A stretch of 64,000 bases of DNA, taken from assembly GCA_012295275.1 (NCBI GenBank), contig CM022666.1, positions 13,144,001-13,208,000 on the forward strand, given 5' to 3'. Each line of letters starts with the position of its first letter. Position 1 is the stretch's first letter. This stretch comes from Chrysomallon squamiferum. Lineage: Eukaryota > Animalia > Mollusca. Below are positions 58,118-64,000 of the stretch, one piece after another. The notes beneath the pieces are model-generated. The model ran no database searches, was not told the origin of the DNA, and saw nothing but the letters and a program-made list of their open reading frames with translations. A program made the translations under genes and the position numbers.

Positions 58118-58696
58118 AAAGTGAGTAAAGCAATGTTCTGTAACAAACCAGAGCAAATATTTGTCTGCGTTCACTGATAAGAATCGATCCTATGACGTAT
58201 GGCATCCCAGGTCCGTATCTTCCCATGTGAATGAATGACTAGTGAATATGACACCCAGGAACAAATGCTGGTATTGATTTTCTGTTAAATATTAAATATT
58301 ATGACACCCGAAGGAGTGAAAAATTTTAAAAAAAAATCCATGGATTTGCATAAATCAATATTTATGAATTACAACAGCTTTGACGTGAAAATGAAAAAAA
58401 AAAAAAAAAAATAAAAATAAGAAAGCAAAGAAAAGTCGTTTCTGAATCTCTTGAATACATTAATCTTTTATTAATCGTGATATTCAGGTAAAGTACGTTA
58501 TTTAATGTCTAAATTGGTGCACGTAAATTCGATTTATCTTAATGTTATTAGAAAATGAAAGAAGAAGTAAAAATAGCTGTCTGGATTTACTTGAACTAGA
58601 ATATGTTTATACTAAAATTAGCCTGAATTTACATATTGACTGTAAAACGTTAAACACTTCTTTCAAATTCGGTCTTATAGAAACCGTTAGAAGACG

Positions 58697-58960
58697 TTAC
58701 GATCATCTTAAGTAGTTACGACTGTCTTATGAATCTACGACTATTTTGTGGAGATACGGTTGTCTTTAGTGGCTATTACTCTATTATAAAGTTATAACTA
58801 TCTTAAGAAATGTAACCACCTTAAGAAATGTGACTGTTTTAAGAAATACGACCGTTTTAAGAACTACGACCGTTTTGAGAACTACGACTGTTTTAAAAAC
58901 TACGACTGTTTTATGAAGTTAGCATGTCTTACTTCGCTACGACTATCTTAAGAAGCGTGA
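58697..58960. repeat. Degenerate 19-20 bp tandem repeat (ttaagaactacgaccgtt), about 13 copies
   Basis: Recurring tacgac...ttaag units. Confidence 0.8.
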
Positions 58961-59985
58961 CCTATTAGCTTTGACATATTCAACTATTCTTTTTATACTG
59001 TCATAGTCGAAGTATGCTAGACACTCATACATAAATATCCATAACTAACCATTTGAATATCCTTAATTGTGCATAAAATATCCTTAAACATCTTTAGGAT
59101 TTTTTTTAACCAAAATATTGGTGTTGAGCTTTCGTTTGGATCTAACAATATATAATAATATAAGCATTTGCTCAGAGATCATTTCTGAGCTTAATAAAAA
59201 ATATCGTTCTTAAACATTTAATATCCTTATCGTTTTCCATAATATCCTTAATGAAATTAAATATTTTGTTGTCTAACACAGTTTTTGTTCAGAGATTGTT
59301 TTTGACGTTAATATGAAATTCTTGTACAAAATTTAATATCCTAAGCGTTTTCTTCAGATATCCTTCTCTGACAGAATTTCGCTGCGTAAGCTTGTTTTCC
59401 TAGTTATCCTTTGTGAGGTTAATATAACATTTTCGTGTGTAATTTAATAGCCAAAACGTCTGTTCAAATAGCCGCAGTTAACGTAATGTGACATTATCGA
59501 ATGCCTAACTCGTCCAACATGGAAAAGTTGTTAAATGCTTCTCCTGAAGTAAAAAAAATATATATAAAAATAAAATAAAAATAAAAATGTATGTACGATC
59601 GATAATGGAAAATAATGTTGAGGGGGTGGCACAAATATTTGTGTGTTCTTCCTCCAGAGTTCGAGAACGTAAAAAAATTAAATAAATAAAATAAAATAAA
59701 ATTAAAAAAAAAGAGAGAAAAAAATATATATTTGGAACCTTAAAAGCTTTGAACGAAAAGGATTGATTTTAAGATGTTCTCTTTTTCAATTTTTTTTTTT
59801 TTTTTTTTTTTCTTTCTGAGTTAGACACCAGTTTGAAGTTTACATTGAAGCTGTTGGAACAGAGAGGCATTTTTCAAACGTAAAATATTCCAGAAGTGTT
59901 GTTATTGTTATTATTAGTTTCTATATATATATATTATATTGTTATTATTAGTTTCTATATACACACACACACACACAGATACATA

Positions 59986-60683
59986 CAGTGGTACCTCGAG
60001 TCACGAGTGTTCCAACTTACGAATTTTCCGAGTTACGGTCGATTTTATGCTTTGAGTTGCGAGCCAAAATGCGACTTACGAGCTCGTTTGGCACAACGAA
60101 CAACACAACATTCGCCCAGCATCGTGGTTACCTTGCCTTGGAAAAATCTCTGTTGTGTTATGCTGGCGATTTGTGCAGTATTTTGCCAAATTTCCATGGA
60201 TCCTAAGAAAGTGAGTGCAAATGACAGTGCTGAGAAGAAGCGGATGATGTCCACTGAATTAAAGCATGAAATCATAGAAACACATGAGTGAGTTGTGTGT
60301 GTAGTCAACATGACTAGTAGTAATTTTACGATATGTACCATATTAAGCAGAAGGAGTCGATAAAGGCTATAACTGCAGCCAAAGGCATTAAAATAATTTC
60401 TAAGCTGTGGACCTCTGTACATGAGATGATGGAGAAACCCTAACCCTGTACACTTTACAAAACCAATTTATTTCTTTACATTCTCTTTTATTTTGTTTTT
60501 TTATACAATATTTGTCATTTATACATACTTTTATCTTATTTAAAAAACACAATACAAAAATTGGGGTGGTTTTGGGGGCTGGAACGGATTAATGGTATTT
60601 CGATTAATTTCATTTGGGAAAACTGATTTGATATACGAGCAAATTTGAGTTACGAATTAAACTCGTAAGTTATGATAACACTG
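59986..60683 (+). mobile_element. Internally deleted Tigger/pogo (Tc1-mariner superfamily) DNA transposon
   Basis: TA flanks (59984-85, 60684-85); imperfect TIRs CAGTGGTACCTCGAGTCACGAG / CTCGTAAGTTATGATAACACTG (15/22); Tigger-type 3' subterminal ggaacggattaat...ttacga. Confidence 0.88.
60196..60437 (+). pseudogene. Tigger transposase N-terminal (CENP-B-type HTH) remnant
   Basis: MDPKKVSANDSAEKKRMMSTELKHEIIETHE* then, across frameshifts, TICTIL and QKESIKAITAAKGIKIISKLWTSVHEMMEK; no DDE domain. Confidence 0.85.
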
Positions 60684-60779
60684 TAGTTTATATATATATA
60701 GATAGATATATACACATATACATATTTGTTGTGGGTTTTTGATATGTTTTTCTTTTTCTTTTTCTTTTTTGTTACATTG

Positions 60780-61700
60780 ATGAAAATATTTACGGCGAAA
60801 AATTATGTCATATTACAACACATTACTAACGATATATTGAAATATATGTATATATATATATATATATATATAAGCTAAAAACAAACAAACAAACAAACAA
60901 AAAGCCCAGAAAATCAAACAAACAAACAAACAGACCAGTTACTTAGCTATGAAGCATAAGGCACAATGCCATGGCTTTTTGTTCTGGATACTAAAATATT
61001 TATGACGATAAACTATCAGTGACGTTGAAACACGTTTTACTGACAGTGACGGAAAACGCTAAGGGCTGGCACGTGTAAGCCGTGTTCTGGTATGTCTAAC
61101 GATTGTTTGGAAGAAAACGCCATACGTTACTAATGATCATATTGATAAAAATATTTATGCCGTCCAAGTGTAGGCGTTTTTCTACTTTATTAATGACAGT
61201 ATTGATTCAGATATAGTATAGACCAGCAATGAATACATCGTTACATTTCTAGCATCGGTACTGATATATGTCAGTATTTTCATTACAATTTATATATATA
61301 TATATATATGTGTACATCTATGACGTCCACTTTCTGAATCGACTAATTAATTGTTATATTGATACAAATATTTATGGCGTACAAGTATAAGCACGTTGTG
61401 ATGTGTTATTTTACTACCAAACCGATGAGAAAAATATCTCAAGTGTGCAAGGATAAGCTATTTTATCATACGTTATTAATGATCATATTGATAAAAACAT
61501 AATAAATAAATAAATAAATAAATAAATGCTGTTTACAAATATAAGTCATATTATCATTCGTTATTAATGTTTATATTGACGAAAATATTTATGGCGTAAA
61601 AGTATAAACACATTGTGATGCGTTATTAACAATCATATCGATGTAAATATTTATGGCTTACAAGTATAAGCCAGGCGTGATACGTTACTAATAAGCACAC
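60780..61700. repeat. Degenerate minisatellite, unit about 62 bp
   Basis: Unit aaatatttatggcgtacaagtataagcacgttgtgatgcgttattaatgatcatattgat recurs near 60784, 60994, 61147, 61366, 61582 and 61645. Confidence 0.75.
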
Positions 61701-62817
61701 ATCTTATGCTGCCTAACTGTACTTGACATTTCTTGTGTCCGTTACTTAGTAAAATAGTAGGCTATTCAGATAATACGACATCCGAATCAGTCATATCAAT
61801 TACTGTAATGTGGCGCTTTCAGGCTGAAACCCTACAGACTAAATAGTCTTCATGTCCACTGTAATAATAATAATAATAATGATGATGATGATGATGATGA
61901 TGATAATAATAATAATGATGATGATAATAATAATAACAACAACAACACCAATAATAATAATGATAATAATATAATAGTAATAGTAGTAGTAATAATAATA
62001 ATATTATTATTATTATTAACAACAACAATAATTGATAATAATAAATAAAGTAAATAATAATAATAATAATAATAATAATTATTAATTAACAACAATAATA
62101 ATAATGATAATAATATAATAGTAATAAATAGTATAGTAGTAATAATAATAATAATAATAATGATGATAGTATAATAATAATAATAATAATAATAACAACA
62201 ACAACACCAATAATAATAATGATAATGATAACAATAATGAATAATTTTTGATTTTTATTATCATTACAACGATGACGATTATGATGATAATATTGATGAT
62301 GATGACAGAAGTTAGAAATCTTTCCATCTCACCACCAATAAAACAAAAATTTATTAAAATGTATTAAATAAAATAATAAGTAAACCAGTGAATGACTTAA
62401 ATAAATAAACAAACAACCAAACAGATAAATAAATAAATAACGAATTACCCTGTTTCTCTAAGTTCTGACACAATTTTATTACTATTATTTTTATTTATTT
62501 TTCTGGGTTTTTTTTTTTTTTTGTTTCCCTATAAAGCTCTATCAACGAACGATTCCGGTTTCTGCCTGTGTGCTCTCTGAAAACGTATAATCGCGACAGA
62601 CATTATGGAGGCGTCGACTTAATATTTTAACCTTCATTTGTCGCCGTAGATCGTCTGATAGGTTACAAATGTCGCTGGTTCACTCGGCTGCATTCATCAT
62701 TCTGTCCTTGATGTATAGCTGCGCGTCTTGGTTTATCTGTCAGCCAGTTCAAACGTTCTGACATCGCTTGAAACAATCGCGTGCGATCTGGAAGCCTGGG
62801 TTTCCTACCCAGTTGTC

Positions 62818-63046
62818 GTTAGTTTGTTAGAAAGAGAAGAGAGGGTAGTGTTGTGTTCCTACATCTGTGTTAGTTTGTTAGAAAGAGAAGAGAGGGTAGT
62901 GTTGTGTTCTTACATGTTTTAACTGATGGTGTTAGTTTGTTAGAAAGAGAAGAGAGGGTAATGTTGTGTTCCTACATCTTTTTAATTGATGGGTAGTATG
63001 TTAGATTGTTAGAGAGAAGAGCTAGTGTAGTTTTCGTACGTCTGTC
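62818..63046. repeat. Tandem repeat, unit about 51-69 bp, 4 copies
   Basis: gttagtttgttagaaagagaagagagggtagtgttgtgttcctacat at 62818, 62869, 62931; degenerate at 63000. Confidence 0.9.
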
Positions 63047-63146
63047 CAGTTAAACAGTGTTTGTGTTAGAATGTTAGTTAAAGTGACGCGAAACTACACA
63101 GTTCTTGCATCTCTTATTGAACAATGTTAGTTTGTTAAAGGATTGG

Positions 63147-63281
63147 TTAAAGGATTGGTGTTTTATATATTATATAAATATACATATACATAAATATATA
63201 TATACATATATATATATATATACATATACATATACATACACATACATACATACATATATATAAATAACACCAATCCTTTAA
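63147..63281. mobile_element. Putative Kolobok-like mini-element: TTAA|AGGATTGGTGTT...AACACCAATCCT|TTAA around a (TA/TACA)n core
   Basis: 17-bp perfect inverted repeat 63146-63162 / 63266-63282; TTAA-AGG...CCT-TTAA termini. Confidence 0.45.
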
Positions 63282-63657
63282 CTTAAACCTTAATATAATT
63301 TAATAAATTCGTTACTTATATATATGTACGTATGATTGATTATAACATGTTTTTTTTCCCCTCAGTTATCCAATGTTTTAAATCTCAGCAGCGATTGCAT
63401 CTTGCGATTTGAAATAAACTGAAAGGAAAAAAAAAAACACTCACTCTGAGATGTGTGAAATATTTTTGACCTCAGATTCTGAAGAACACGAAGATCGATT
63501 TTTGTCTTGTTAACGATGGGTGCTATTTTCAGAACGGAACTACTTTGTCCCACGGATGTAGCAAAGGTCAGCGCCAACGGAGGGCGTAAACTGCCTGCTG
63601 GTAGCTGAGTAAAATATTAGTGATATACGAATTGACCTTTAGAAACAAAAACTTTCT

Positions 63658-63720
63658 GCAGTGCTGTGGTTAAGCTGCACGTCCCAGAATCGCAAAGTTC
63701 TGAGATCGAATGATGACACC
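63658..63720 (+). mobile_element. Possible degenerate tRNA-derived SINE head
   Basis: A-box-like tgtggttaag and B-box-like gagatcgaat at tRNA-like spacing; no intact cloverleaf. Confidence 0.25.
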
Positions 63721-64000
63721 ATCTTCTGCAGAAGACAATTTTTTAGAGATCTACAATCAGCCCTTCACTTTAACTAATCTTCTAACCTGCTGATACGAAC
63801 AAGGGTTTTTTTTTTTTTTCTAGAACAGAAAAAACTTCAGAATTTTCCATTCGTGACAGATGTACTCGAAGAGTTACTGAAACAAGATTTAAGTCTGGGC
63901 TGTATGAAGATCGCTTCCTGGTATATACTTCTATAACACATACTGGAGTCTAAGAACTTGCCCATGATAGACCCCCCCCCCAGTACAGTGAATATAAGTC

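Noticed and set aside
56571-63046. Regularly spaced repeats as a CRISPR-like array
   Set aside because: Eukaryotic intron, head-to-tail units without unique spacers, no cas genes

Overview
AT-rich, microsatellite-dense animal genomic DNA with spliceosomal GT-AG introns. It is probably a mollusc or gastropod, which is an inference from recalled SINE-like repeats and invertebrate-type mosaic CpG depletion. Two protein-coding genes are supported, both on the + strand and both truncated by the window. (1) The 3' part of an ECT2/pebble RhoGEF gene has 17 coding exons from 1760 to the TGA at 15642-15644 (BRCT2, hinge/NLS, DH, PH, polybasic tail), with a single extra base creating a premature TAA in the PH exon. 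(2) The first, 1.4-kb coding exon (50506-51913) of a cyclic-nucleotide-gated channel of the Drosophila CG42260-like class covers the N-terminus and S1-S6; its C-linker and cyclic-nucleotide-binding exons were not found in the remaining 12 kb. Between the genes lie about 35 kb of non-coding DNA. The CNG intron holds an internally deleted Tigger/pogo transposon, a Kolobok-like mini-element and several minisatellites. Almost all ORFs in the supplied track are microsatellite artefacts. I see no convincing wholly new system. The best leads are a tandemly amplified ECT2 3' splice site, a neutral Asn at the CNG pore acidic site (one A-to-I edit from Asp), a sharp CpG-depletion boundary near 25 kb, a cluster of TGACGTCA palindromes around the CNG gene, and an orphan promoter plus splice-acceptor pair at 27-29 kb.
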